From Neodothiora populina (Eukaryota), in contig NW_027191413.1 of the NCBI RefSeq assembly GCF_041146345.1, positions 2,418,001 through 2,482,000 of the forward strand: a stretch of 64,000 nucleotides of DNA, in the 5' to 3' direction. Positions 38,101-51,746 of this stretch are shown here, piece after piece. Below the pieces are notes generated by a model. The model was not told the origin of the DNA. It saw only the letters and a list, made by a program, of their open reading frames with translations, and did not search any database. Made by a program: the position numbers and the translations under genes. How positions within the stretch are numbered: the first letter of the stretch is position 1; each line of letters begins with the position of its first letter.

Positions 38101-39495
38101 TTGCTGACTACCTGGTTCACTGTATCAGTGCCCCTAGTCCAGACTTACATGCTGGCTATGCAAAGGACATCGCTTTCGAAAATCCCTCGACTTCAGTGTT
38201 GCGATTAAGGTGATACTATGCTTTCCTGGGGCACCAAGTCAGTAGTCGTCACATAGGTGTCACATTATCCATGTGCTTTCACGTACGGCCAGAGGCAGCT
38301 GAGACCAAGGCATCCCGTCCGCTCTGCCATATTTAAGCAGTTGACCGGTAGATTAGTACTAGGGTAGGTGACTACCTGGGAATCCCTACTGCTGTACGTT
38401 GTGTATCCTTTTGTTTCTCTTTGCTCTGTCTATCGTTTTTTGGTCTTCGTCGGTTCGATCGAGTACAATGCCTAGGATAACAAATTCGGATACGAGTATA
38501 TGGCTTGTGGTATTGTGTTCTGTCACCATACGAAGCCTTTGCCAGCGACTCCCATCATGTGTACCTTTGCTGCAGTGTGGTGCCATACATTCTGCGTGAA
38601 TCCCTCCGGAATCTCGCTCATTGAAAGACAGTCATGTCTGCATTCGAGCATGTGCCTGAGTTGTACCATGTTCAGATGGTCAGGTCAAAGGAGGGTCGCA
38701 TTTCAAACCTGTGGCCTGAAGTCAAGAGGAACAACGACGAAAACGAGGAATTGATGTAGGGAAATACAGCTTTATATAGTCCTCTTGATGTCAGTCTTGT
38801 CAGACTCGTCTACAAGCAGGTGAGTGATGGTTATACCATCGATCAACATTTACGAGATTCGACATCAAGGACAGGGTTGCCCTGCAGAAGATCCCGACCA
38901 GGGGCAATCTGGGCAGTCAGCACCGCATACCAAATTCCCTGCACGACGATAGAGACCTGTAGGTCAGAACGCACATCACTTGGAAGTATATGGATGATAA
39001 CACCAGAATCATGTATTGTCTCATGCCAACCACAGTACATTATATTTTCAACAGATTGATAAAGAATAAGTTGCCAGGATGGACCTGCTCTACGAGGCCA
39101 TGTGCCCGGCTATCATCGGCATGTGGAAGAAAAGAGTGGAGTCTCATGTACTTGCAGGCCCCACACCCTTCGCCCTATATCGGTCGGGCAATGATGATAA
39201 TAACATGGATCTCTCTTCGTCTCTTTTCTTAGAAGCTTCCCTTGCTTTGCAGGTAGATTCTTTTACGGTAGGTCATCACAGTAAGCAAAGTGAAAGGAGA
39301 ACCGCAGACAGAGGCATTATCTCTTCTCGATATCTCTCCCTCTCGTTCTCTCGACGCTCTCCATACACATAGCCTTATCTTATATTTCGTCGCGGTAAGT
39401 CATTCTCGCCGATATCTCATTCTGCCTCTCTCATCATCGCCGTCACAGTCCCTCTCCTTCAATCGTCAAGTTCAAAGACTTGTGCGCAGTCTGCA

Positions 39496-40917
39496 ATGGC
39501 CGAGAAAAGCATACCTACCAGCATCCTCATAGTCGGCTCCGGCGTCTTCGGCCTCGGCACCGCCTATTCACTGACTCAAAACCCCCTGTTCGCGTCGACG
39601 AAGATCACGCTTCTGGACCGGCTACCATTCCCCGCCGCCGACGCCGCCAGCGTCGACACGTCGCGCATCGTCAGAGCCGACTACGCAGACATTGCATACT
39701 CGTCGCTGGCGTTCGAGGCCCAGGAGAAATGGCGCAAGGAATGGTGGGGGCAGAACGGCATCTATCACGAGCCGGGACTGGCGGTTATCTGCAACAGTGC
39801 CGACGAGGCGGGTGTGGGCAATGGCGAGCTCGGCCGCGAGTATATGAGGAAGAGCATGGCGAACGTGACGGCGCTGGGATTGAAGCCTGGCAAGAAGAGC
39901 GAGGGAGGCGAGGTCGAGGCGCTGGAGTCCACGGATGATATCAGACGCGTGTGCGGCAAGCTCGCTGCTGGTAGCGGCACAACGAAGGAAAAGAAAGCGC
40001 ACTCTGCAATCGGCGACTTTGGGTACGTCAACTGGCGCTCCGGCTGGGCGGATGCCGAAGCGGGACTCGTTGCTCTCCTTACCAAAGTGGAAGCCACCAA
40101 GCGCGTCACTTTCCTGCACGGCACTGTGACTCGTCTGCACTTCTCCGACGACAGTGTGAGAGGCGTCGAGGCACAGCTCGCGGGACAAGAGTCCACGAGC
40201 AAGACCCTGACAGCAGACCTCGTCTTCCTCGCCACAGGCGCCTGGACGCCCGCTCTAATTGACACACGAGGAGTGTGCAGCGCAACAGGCCAAGTCCTGA
40301 CCTACATGCGCATAACAGACGCGGAAGAATCGCAGCTCGCGCACAACCCGACCATCCTCAACGAATCCAGCGGCCTCTTCATCATCCCGCCGCGCAAGAA
40401 CCTTCTGAAAGTCGCGCGCCACGGCTACGGCTACGCGAACCCAACCACGATCGCGCATCCAGAGCGTCCCGGCGAGGAAATCACCGTCTCGCTGCCCCGA
40501 ACACACATCTCCACCCCGGACCTCGCCGTGCCAACGGAAGGCCAAGTAGCCTGCAGGAAGTTCGTCTCGGAGCTGTTCCCCTCGCTCGCGCACCGCCCGT
40601 TCACGCACTCGCGCATCTGCTGGTACACGGACACCGCCAAAGGCGACTGGCTGATCACCTACCATCCGAAGTACAAGAACCTGTTTGTCGCGACGGGCGG
40701 CAGCGGGCACGCGTACAAGTACCTGCCTGTCATTGGAGACAACGTCGTGCAGACGATCCTGGGTAAGACGCCGGAGTTGTTCAGGGGCAAGTGGGAGTGG
40801 CCTGCTGTCAGGGGCGTCGAGGATCAGGTGTGGACTGAGGATTGGAGGGGTGGCAGGAAGGGGATGGTGCTTGACGAGGAGCTCAGGGCGGGCTTGGAGG
40901 TCAAGAGCAAGCTATGA
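39496..40917 (+). CDS. FAD-dependent sarcosine/L-pipecolate/fructosyl-amino-acid oxidase family protein, peroxisomal
   Basis: IVGSGVFG (GxGxxG), DTSRIVRADY, RICWYTDT and GGSGHAYK. C-terminal SKL (PTS1). Intronless. Confidence 0.9.
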   Translation: MAEKSIPTSILIVGSGVFGLGTAYSLTQNPLFASTKITLLDRLPFPAADAASVDTSRIVRADYADIAYSSLAFEAQEKWRKEWWGQNGIYHEPGLAVICNSADEAGVGNGELGREYMRKSMANVTALGLKPGKKSEGGEVEALESTDDIRRVCGKLAAGSGTTKEKKAHSAIGDFGYVNWRSGWADAEAGLVALLTKVEATKRVTFLHGTVTRLHFSDDSVRGVEAQLAGQESTSKTLTADLVFLATGAWTPALIDTRGVCSATGQVLTYMRITDAEESQLAHNPTILNESSGLFIIPPRKNLLKVARHGYGYANPTTIAHPERPGEEITVSLPRTHISTPDLAVPTEGQVACRKFVSELFPSLAHRPFTHSRICWYTDTAKGDWLITYHPKYKNLFVATGGSGHAYKYLPVIGDNVVQTILGKTPELFRGKWEWPAVRGVEDQVWTEDWRGGRKGMVLDEELRAGLEVKSKL

Positions 40918-41880
40918 GTGGTCTTGCGTCTATCCTTCGATCAAGACGACAACTAAAGGTTTTGGAGGAGTTGCGTAGATGTAGACAGAGTCCACCGTTG
41001 TATATAGAGGAAGGGAATATGTGCGCACGAAGCAATATATCGAGTCACCCTTGTAGACGCGGACACATTAGGCATATTGGCCCCTGGTCTTATCAGAGTA
41101 AGCCGGCCGGCAATATAGAGCAGCTGATGACATTCAAAGAAGCAGACACAATCACACAAAAAGACTAATGGAACGGAACAGATCAAGTTTTTTCTAGAAT
41201 GGAATTTCTTAACAGCTAATTTTAAGCCATCCATTCGCTACACATCGATGAACCAGGGCCTCACCAAATGCTAAAAAGGCAACTGGCTCATCGAGTGTCT
41301 CTGACTTGTTAGTTGTATTGTCACATGTATTCGTCGTGGGTCCTCGTCTTGTCTTGCCCCGCCACCCGTAGACTACCACCAAAAATCCCATCTGTCGCGC
41401 TCAAAACACACACAAGTTCTTCTAGCACCGATCTCCTCCCATCATGTCAGTCTGTTTTATTGCCACCAGTAATCAATCTGAACGCAAGGCCCTACCAAAG
41501 TGGCGGCCGCAAAAGTAGAAGAAAGTTGGGGAAAAACATCGCCATCTCGAAAAGCCAGCACTCCCTGAGAGGGGGCGACTTCCTAGTGGTGCAGAAGAAA
41601 GGGCTATTGTGAAAGGGAAAAATCAAAAGAAGAAGGATTCATCCGAAAAGCCATACGCCGAGGGCTATCGATCCGAAACCGAGCGCCATGCTATGCAAAA
41701 GTGACAATCGTCTTTGCTGAACGACTTTAGAGCTGGTGGTCTTCTTGGAGTTCCATTCTAGCATCCGAAGATCAGTTCGAGAGGCGGCATAACCTCACCA
41801 AAGACGGGTAAAGTACATCCGGAGATGCTTTCTGTTTTACAAGTGCCTAAAGAGTCTCATCGCGAGTCAAGACCTGGTGC

Positions 41881-42899
41881 TCATGACTTGCGGAAATCGC
41901 TGAGCACGGGGTAGATGAGCTCGAACGCTTGGTAGATTTCCTCACGAACTTTTGCGCCGGTGAGAACAATCTTGCCTGAGACGAAAATGAGAAGAACCTA
42001 GTTCGAAAGTCAGTCAAGTTGCCAAGCACGCATCGGTGTCAGTGGCATCTTACGATCTTGGGCTTCATCATTCTGTAGATCAGACCAGGGAACAGCTCAG
42101 GCTCATAAGAGCTGAACATGTGATGGCGACTGGCAAGACCTTCCAGACGGATAGGGAACTTGATGTCGCAGGAGCCGACGATGTTCTGGATTTTGAAGTC
42201 TGTGAACTTGGCATTGAAGCCGAGCTTCTGAATGATGCGCGCATACTTGCGCGAGGCCAACTTGGAATCATCCTCGGACTTTGCACCGGTGACGACCATC
42301 TTGCCAGAGGCGAAGATTAGAGCGGTGGTCTTGGGTTCGCGGATACGCATGATGACAGCGGCGAAACGCTAGAAGAAAGAAAAGAAAAAGTTCAGCCAAA
42401 TGCCCAGACAAATCAATGTCGTTGATTTGGTAGGAATAATTACCTTTGGGTTGTATTCAGCGTTACGGGCGTGAAGGGCGATCGTCTTGAGATCGAGTCT
42501 GCAGTCAAGGTTTACGGTGGCAACAATGTTCCTTTGAAAGCGATCACAGTCAAAACCAAGTTTCGAAAGACAACATGCGCTGAGGCAAGAAAAAAGAAGA
42601 AGCGAGGTGAATACTCACTGCAACGTGGGCACAATGCCGCTGACACCCTGACCGGCACCTGGCGTAGCAGCTGGAGTTGCGGGAGTCACCCCAGGGCCGC
42701 TTGCGGCGTTTGCTCCTGGCTGCTGAGCCGATCCGTTCGCGTACCCATTCAAGCTTGCCTGCTGCGATCCATCTTTCTCAGATGAAGGTGGGGTCAACTG
42801 GCCAGCACCACCTGGGAAGGACAAACTGCCCGGGGCAGTGAAGTTCTTGGCCTGAGCCGCGGTGGACGGGTGGGTCATGATGGGGTTGCTGTTCTCCAT
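41881..42899 (-). CDS. SPT15: TATA-box-binding protein
   Basis: [16 protein letters not shown]...[38 protein letters not shown]...[34 protein letters not shown]...FRKS*, with three introns. Confidence 0.97.
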
Positions 42900-43315
42900 C
42901 GTTGCGCGCGTGAGATCCGAAACTGGTTTTGGTTTTTTGGTACGACTTGAGGTTTGAAACGTCAAGAGGCGAAGCAGTCTGAATGTCACGATTGTCAGGA
43001 CAACTGTAAGAACGGAGAAGGTGTTTGGTTTCAGATGTAGGTGAAGGTGTGCCGCAACAGATCATGAAGCGAGTAGAGACAGACGATGATAGGTCTGTTG
43101 GGAGGGGTAAAGTGGCTGGTGACGCTAACGTTGCGAAAGTGGTCGCGCAGTGTATTGTCGATGACTGTCTATTTGATTCTTCTTGTGGAGTGAATAGACC
43201 GTACCGTTAGTGGGAGATGAACAACCAAATGTGTCCCCTACAATCGCTGCTAATCAGGCGATGTGATATGGAATCGACTGGATCTCTGTGTCAAGAGAGA
43301 GCGCAGTTGATGAGT

Positions 43316-43318
<3 letters not shown>

Positions 43319-43356
<38 letters not shown>
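43319..43356. repeat. (AG)19 microsatellite upstream of TBP
   Basis: Uninterrupted AG run visible in the sequence. Confidence 0.95.
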
Positions 43357-43361
<5 letters not shown>

Positions 43362-45149
43362 GTTGTGATGAAGGCGATGCCAGCAAGCCTTCTACTTTCT
43401 TCTTGGGATGAGAGAAACGGAGAATGAGCAAGTAAATGCTGCTGCTGTTGCTTCGCGGATGTGCAATGTGTTTGCGTGCCAAGCCCTTATGACGTTTTGC
43501 AGTGAAGCGCGTAGCGTGTGACGGCTGCGGTTATAGTGAACAGCGAAGGCGCGACCCCAAGATTTATTTGAGAATTAATCAAAGACAAATTATGACAGGA
43601 GAAGAAAGCGCAACGAGTGTATTGCAGCTGTATCTTCAGGTATAATCTGTGGTCTTGGAGGGGTGGAAAGTGGGTTGAGGCACCGTTGTTAATAAGATCC
43701 GCAAGCTCGGGGAGGAATTTCGCGAGCGAGGGTGAGGGGGTTTGGGGACTCTTATAGTCGCCGCCCTCCGCCCAACCCTTCCCAAAGCGGACTTGACCTG
43801 CCAAGTCACGTGCGCCGATCTCCGAGTGTAATGCAATCTCTGACTCACCCCGGCCGATAACTTTACCAAACGAGCACTGGTGCACCTTTAGAACCCGCAG
43901 CGAATAAATCAAATCCGGCGCGCGTCTGCAGGCACGTTGAAATTACAATACTTGCCTTTTCCAACTTGCCCAACCTGTCAGTCGCATGAAGAAGAGTATT
44001 GAGCGACTCTGGGTTGCCATGCCGTGAAGCAATACCACATCATTCTTTGATCTCTTTTCTGGAGATTCATCCATCGCCCCTTGCCACCTGTCCCAACCCA
44101 AGCAGCCACGCGTTTTGCCGCCCCCCTGCCGGCACCGGGCCCAATGCAGATAAGACACTTGTTCCAATCTCATTGAGCGTCAAGAGGGAACCGTCCAATG
44201 GGGTTTTCTCGCATCTTACTGTAATTTTGTGTCTTGTAAGCAACACATGCGCTCACCTGTGATCACGCTTTTTGTAAAAGGTAGAGGAGTTAGTGGCTGG
44301 TTGGGTCACAGAGTAGAGAGTGGTGAGGGAAAAGAAAGAATTGATGGAAGCGCCGGGATTTCAAGGAGGCGTCAAATTCGCCGCTGTGCTAACGCGTCTC
44401 CCGTCGCCCCTTTAGCTGGGACGCACTGACCCGCCCCTGATAGTTATGGCCACTCACGATGCAGAAAATGGATGTGCTGCATTCTGCTCTGCGGTATACA
44501 AGCAGTGTGGTATTATCGATACGCCAGCAATAAGTTCCTCAAGTGTGAGCAAACAACGATGATTTGTACGACTCTGGACGGTACCGTTTAATGAGCTTCT
44601 TGCCAAGAGCTTTAGAAAGCGTTCCGTTCCCTGTTTGCACATGCCTAGCGAGGCTTTCTGGTCGCATGCGAGCCTCTTACTGAAGCGTAAAGCCCGCCGG
44701 GATTGACCAATGAGACGAGCGAAAAGTCAACGTGATCGCTGGATAGAAGCTCAATCCGCCCCGTCGACGTCAAAAAGTAAAGCTGCGAGAAGACGACGAC
44801 AGAGGTTGGGGGTCTGTGATAGTAAAACAGCAAAGAAATACGAATGTCTTTCCGACAGCAGAGGTTTTCTTGTTCTCTGTGACCACTCAACTCCGAAATC
44901 CAATTTGTTTTCCGGTGAATACACTACAGTCGGTGTACGGTTGCACGACGACTACAGCCAGTGCTTCTTAAATCGGTGGTCTCACGTCACATCACTGCTA
45001 TACCGGACAAAAGTCCCACCAAATCAACTCTTTCTGTCTGACTCCATTCCGCCCGACTACACCACTTGAAATTGCGCATTTGATACCATTGGACGAATCA
45101 GACCACGACAAAACCCATCGAATAGCCCAGCCCAGCCCAGCACAGCAAA

Positions 45150-45617
45150 ATGTCTTCGCAACCACTCCTCCAGACTGCACCAGGTAAATACTACCGTCTT
45201 GCCCTCTCTCCTCTCCCTCCTCCTCCACCTCCTCCTTCTTTATCCAACAACTAACCCCGCGAACCAGGCAAACGCATCGCCCTGCCCACGCGCGTCGAGC
45301 CCAAAGTCTTCTTCGCCAACGAGCGCACCTTCCTCTCATGGCTAAACTTCACCGTGATCCTCGGCGGCCTCGCCATCGGGCTATTGAACTTCGGCGACCG
45401 CGTCGGCCAGATCTCCGCCGGGCTCTTCACTCTGGTCGCAATGGCTACCATGGTGTATGCGCTTGTTACGTTCCATTGGCGCGCTAAGAGTATTCGCATG
45501 AGGGGCCAGAGCGGGTTCGATGATCGCTTTGGACCCTCTGTGCTGGCTGTTGCGTTGCTTTGTGCTGTGGTTGTTAATTTCGTGTTGAGGATTACTGCTG
45601 GGCCGAAGAAGGATTAG
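45150..45617 (+). CDS. VTC1: Vacuolar transporter chaperone subunit 1
   Basis: [39 protein letters not shown]...FDDRFGP, with three TM helices. Intron at 45184-45267. Confidence 0.95.
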
Positions 45618-46290
45618 GATGAGGATGCATTGATGGGGGTTTCAGGTGAGAGGGCGGGGGAGAGAGGGGTTTGGTCCTGAAGCATGTATAAATGAAAGCA
45701 AGGAACACAGAAGACGGCGAGGAATACATGACACGGCGCTGCGAGGAATGCACATATCACAATTCAACACACCCGCGGTCGCACGCACGAGGGAGAGGGA
45801 GACGAGTACAGCAGAGATAATGGTCTGAAGTACCAAGGACCGGAGAGAGTACCCAGACGATACCATTGCCAAGATATGAGTTGTGTGTTTATATATATCA
45901 ATGAGAGGGCTTTGCTTTTTGTAATACTGTTTACTCGGTTCGCGAGTCTTGTGCATTCAGGTCGAGGACTCATTAGACACTTCGAGGTGCTCGCCGGGTG
46001 ACTCGCTCTTTACTCGTCATCACAGCTGTTTCACAGGACACAGTGTAGAGTACAAGTACAGTATGGGACATACAGCCACTATCGGCTCTTCATTATGTAC
46101 CACCTTCCAGCTATTTGTTCAACTCTTTTGGACAGCCACCGAGCAGGCGTAGGACATGTCATGAGTATTGTATAACCCAATAAAACCAAAGACGAAAACG
46201 CCAATTGCCCGATGCATGCATGTCAAAGACAAAGACTCATCTAATCATCCCAGATTGTTGTCCGCATGTGTACCTTTCCACTCATAGCGC

Positions 46291-47568
46291 TCAACTCGTC
46301 TGCTCGAGCTCATTCTCCTTCCACCCTCCGACTTTCCTTCCGCCTTCCTTTCTCTTGACTCTGCATGTCATGCCCACTTCCTTGTCCCAGATGAACTGCC
46401 AAATGACACCGGTCCAACTGTCGTGTCGCGGAAGATCGCGATAAAACTCCTTGGCGATCTCGTGCAACGCAGGGAGTCTGGACCACGGAATTGCTGGAAA
46501 GTCGTGATGCTCGTTGTGAAGGCCAACGTTGTAGGTGAAGAAGTTTAGGGGTCCGTAGTAGGAAAAGGTCTCTGGAACAGGAATGCCCTCCTTAGGGTCT
46601 CTGGCGCGCTTGTTCTCTAGCGAGGAGCGCTCAAAGACGTAGTGTTCGGCAATAAAGTGACCAGCACACGGATGAAGAGATCCAGCGAGGAAACTGCTCA
46701 GAACAAAGTACCCGACGGCTTTCCCACCCCAGGTCTGGACCATGAGGTAGTCCACAAGCAGTTGCACGACAACATTGAGGGCGTGGACGCGGGTCAATGG
46801 GATCTGGTAGACCATCATGGGTCGCAGGGCGTAGAAGAGGATCTGAAAGGTGCAGAAGAAGGCTTTGCCGGCAATGGAGTCGAGGAAGAAGGCTTCGAAG
46901 GCGGTGGGCAGGTCGGTGTCCAGGCCATCCACACCAAGGGACTTGTGATGGGTCAGGTGGTAAGGCTGTGTCTCTAGTCAGCATTGTCGAGAGTGTCAAA
47001 TAATAGAATCCACGTACTCTGAAAGAGGCCGAGTATGGGATGCCAATGGGCAGATTGGCAACGATGGCAAAAAGTCGGTTCGCCAATCCCGACTTGAACG
47101 CCAGATTGTGTGAGATCTCGTGGATAGCAAGAAAGAGGTTTTGGTTGGCCGTGGCTCCGATGATATAGGCAGTCAAGAAGAAGCGCCACGAAAAGAAAGG
47201 CGTATCACGTAGTAGGTAGGCGCATAGGAATTGGAGAGAGACGACACCAATGACGATGGGGACAGTCAATGGCTCGGGACCGCATAGCTTCAGGACCTGT
47301 TGCGTATTGTAAGCGCTACGTCTATTGTAGTCGATCAGATGCGCCATACCTCAGGATGAGCCTTGATGATGGCCATTCTCCGTGACCGATGAGGCTCCTC
47401 AGTATATGTCCAGAAGAAGTTGCCCTCATCAGTGGGCAGGTGGGCACGAGAGTCCAAGTCCTGCTCGGAGACATCGCTCTTGTTGACAGTGACTTTACGA
47501 AGGCTGGCAGTGTCCTCTGCTGGCGCCATCATGGTGGTCGTGGTGGCGGTAGCAGTCGAGTCGATCAT
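46291..47568 (-). CDS. DES1: Sphingolipid (dihydroceramide) delta-4 desaturase
   Basis: FFWTYTEEPHRSRR..IIKAHPE plus histidine boxes HEISH, HLTHH and HNEHH, with two introns. Confidence 0.93.
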
Positions 47569-48096
47569 TTTGGTTATGTTTCGACGGCGACTCTAGTAGG
47601 GCAGTGTTTACACACAAAGCCAAAAGATGGGAGACAAGATACAAGGAAGAGAAGTCTCACAGATGCAGCATCGTCACAGGGAGAAAGAAGGTCAAGAACA
47701 GAGCACAGCAGAGCTGATAAGAGGAAAGGCTGATCTGCCGACCTGTCAAGATGGCTCGAGTGGAAACAAAAATGCGGGCGGACGCGTGGAGTTGGAGCTG
47801 CTCCTGCCGCATTCAGGGCTCGAGCAGGGAGTGGGAGTCAGGAACACGGCTTGGCAAGGGTCCAACAAGTCTCGCCATGTCGCCAGAGCATAAGGCCACT
47901 GGTCACTGGAATCTGCTCCACAAGTCCGCAGCCAGAGACCCGCAATAAATGTCTAAATGTCGTCTCGGACCAGCCCATGGTGGCGAATAATGGTCGATCT
48001 CGAGGTAAAGCGTGAATCGGGAGTGAATGCTTTTGTTTACTTTTTGGTACCTCTCGGGATCGACATGTTTGGTGTGAGAAAAGAAAGCAACCACTA

Positions 48097-49605
<1,509 letters not shown>

Positions 49606-50148
49606 GATGGCGCAGGTAAGCCTCCTCTCTCACGCCGAGCGCGACAGGTGTGCCAATATGTATATAGAGGCAGAAGGTCCTCGGTATTGCTGAAGGACAG
49701 TGTGCAAACGTCGGGTTGATGGGAGATATAGTGGGGGTGAGAGAGAGATGCAACTATCTAATTATCTCAGTTGCCAGAAAAGTCGCCCGTTGCAGTAAAG
49801 CATTCGGCTGTAAGCCGGAGCTTCGGTGCTGCGAGATCCGAAATCAAGATAAACCTCGGGCGATGTTTGTTTCCCATCAATTCTGCTAGAGAGAAGATCA
49901 GATCTGATCTCGGTCTTATCAGATGTCGTGGCAGAGACGGAAGCAGCAGGGCGAGCCGTGCACGAGGAAAGTCGTAGTACGTCACTGCGAACACCGGCGA
50001 CTTATCCCCATTGAGGCTATCAGAGGGAATATCAATGCCTTGCTGTATTTGATGCTGCAGTAGAAGGGGGAGGTCTATATCTTTCTCGGCATCTGTTCTT
50101 GTTTCTTGGTGTTGTTGACTTGACTTCTCCATCGCAGCGGAATGAGGC

Positions 50149-50713
50149 ATGCCACTCGATCCGTCACGATACCAGCGTTCGCTGAGGAGCTGCTTCTCCC
50201 ACACTCTTCTTCGCCATAATTACTATCCTAGTCATCGTCATAGCCACTGGACTACTGCAGCAGCGTCTCCTTCCATTCCATCAACAACGCAGCATCAGAG
50301 ACCTTTCCGGCGCACCTTCCACTCTTCACAGCCCCGCTGTGACACCGCCGCTGGTGGCCTACCGGATCACTATGAGACACTCGAGTTGCAGAGCAATGCC
50401 TCGCCGACCGACATAAAGAAGTGAGCATCTCTTCTGCACACCAGCACTATGGCCATTCCATCAGTAAAACGGCCAGAAAAAGACTAACAAGCAGGACCCA
50501 CCCCTAGACAATTCTACAAACTAAGCAAAGCCCACCACCCAGACCGCAACCCCTCGGACCCAAACGCCTCGAACCGCTTCGTCAAGATCACCGAAGCCTA
50601 CTCGGTGCTAGGCAGCCAAGACAAACGCGCCCGCTACGACCGCGACTTCTTCCGCAGCAACCCCCACCATCACCACTCTCCCCAAGGCGGCCGCCACAGA
50701 CCCACGGGCTCCT

Positions 50714-50753
<40 letters not shown>

Positions 50754-51273
50754 CGACGCCTACTCCGGCCCGGGCGGGCGCCCAGCATCAGGACTCAGCA
50801 AACGGCGCACGCAGTTCAAAGGCCCGCCGCCCTCGTTCTACCGCAGCGGAGGCTGGGGGACGCAGAGCGCCAAACGAGCGGAACACGCGTCGCGGGCCTC
50901 GCACGCCGCCCACGAGGAACAACAACATGCGCCGCAGCCACGGCCACCTCCGGGGACAGGTCCCGCGGGCTTCGCGCAGGGCTACGGCGACGACGTGCCG
51001 CACTTTGACCGCGAGGGCCACAGGCGCACGCATGAGTCTGTCGAGCGCACTAGACATCAGACCAAGCGGCGCACGAAGGGCGAGGTGGCGCTCGATGAGA
51101 TGCGCGATACGGGGCCCAGCATGCTGTTTAATTTCATTTTGATCTCGGGTATCTTGACGCTGGTGTTTGGGGTCAGTGGTGCCGTTCTCAGGGGTCCGTC
51201 GGCGGCTTCGTCGTCGTCTAGTGGTGGCGGCGTGGTCGCTACTAGGAAACGTCAGGCTGCCGTGTCGTCGTAG
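50149..51273 (+). CDS. DnaJ-domain membrane protein, probably mitochondrial
   Basis: Arg/Ser-rich presequence-like N-terminus; J domain DHYETL...DIKK|QFYKLSKAHHPDRN...ITEAYSVLG; one C-terminal TM segment. Intron at 50421-50507. Confidence 0.85.
50716..50748 (+). repeat. (AGC)11 coding trinucleotide repeat (poly-Ser)
   Basis: Visible in the sequence, in frame within the DnaJ gene. Confidence 0.9.
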
Positions 51274-51508
51274 TCGGTTCTTGGACCCACATGATCCATG
51301 GATGGGAGAGCAAAGAGAAGGAAAATGATCAACAGGGACGGAAGCAATAGTCAGTCTCCACGAGGAGAAAGAAGACAGTATATAAGAGGTGGAGAAGTGC
51401 ATGCGAGCGCGGAAAGGAGACACAGATACATGCACATGGCAAACAAAAAAACCAGTCAAACCTCAAACTCGTTCATCAGAACACAACTGAGGGGCAAGGG
51501 TTCTATAA

Positions 51509-51535
51509 TTCTTCTTCTTCTTCTTCTTCTTCTTC
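51509..51535. repeat. (TTC)9 microsatellite between convergent DnaJ and porin genes
   Basis: Visible in the sequence. Confidence 0.9.
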
Positions 51536-51746
51536 ATTTCTCTTGTTTCTAGTCCTCCCAAATTATGACCCAAAAAAAGGGGACAGAAAAAGCCAAGTCC
51601 CAACACGCTGTCAAGACGCGATCGTGGGGAGGAAAATCCCTGCTGCGTTCGGCGTGCCTTCTTCTACCTTTTTCCGGTCCTTCCCTTTGCTTTCTTTCCC
51701 TTCTCGTAGTTTACGTACATACATATATACAAGAATGAAAAGACAC

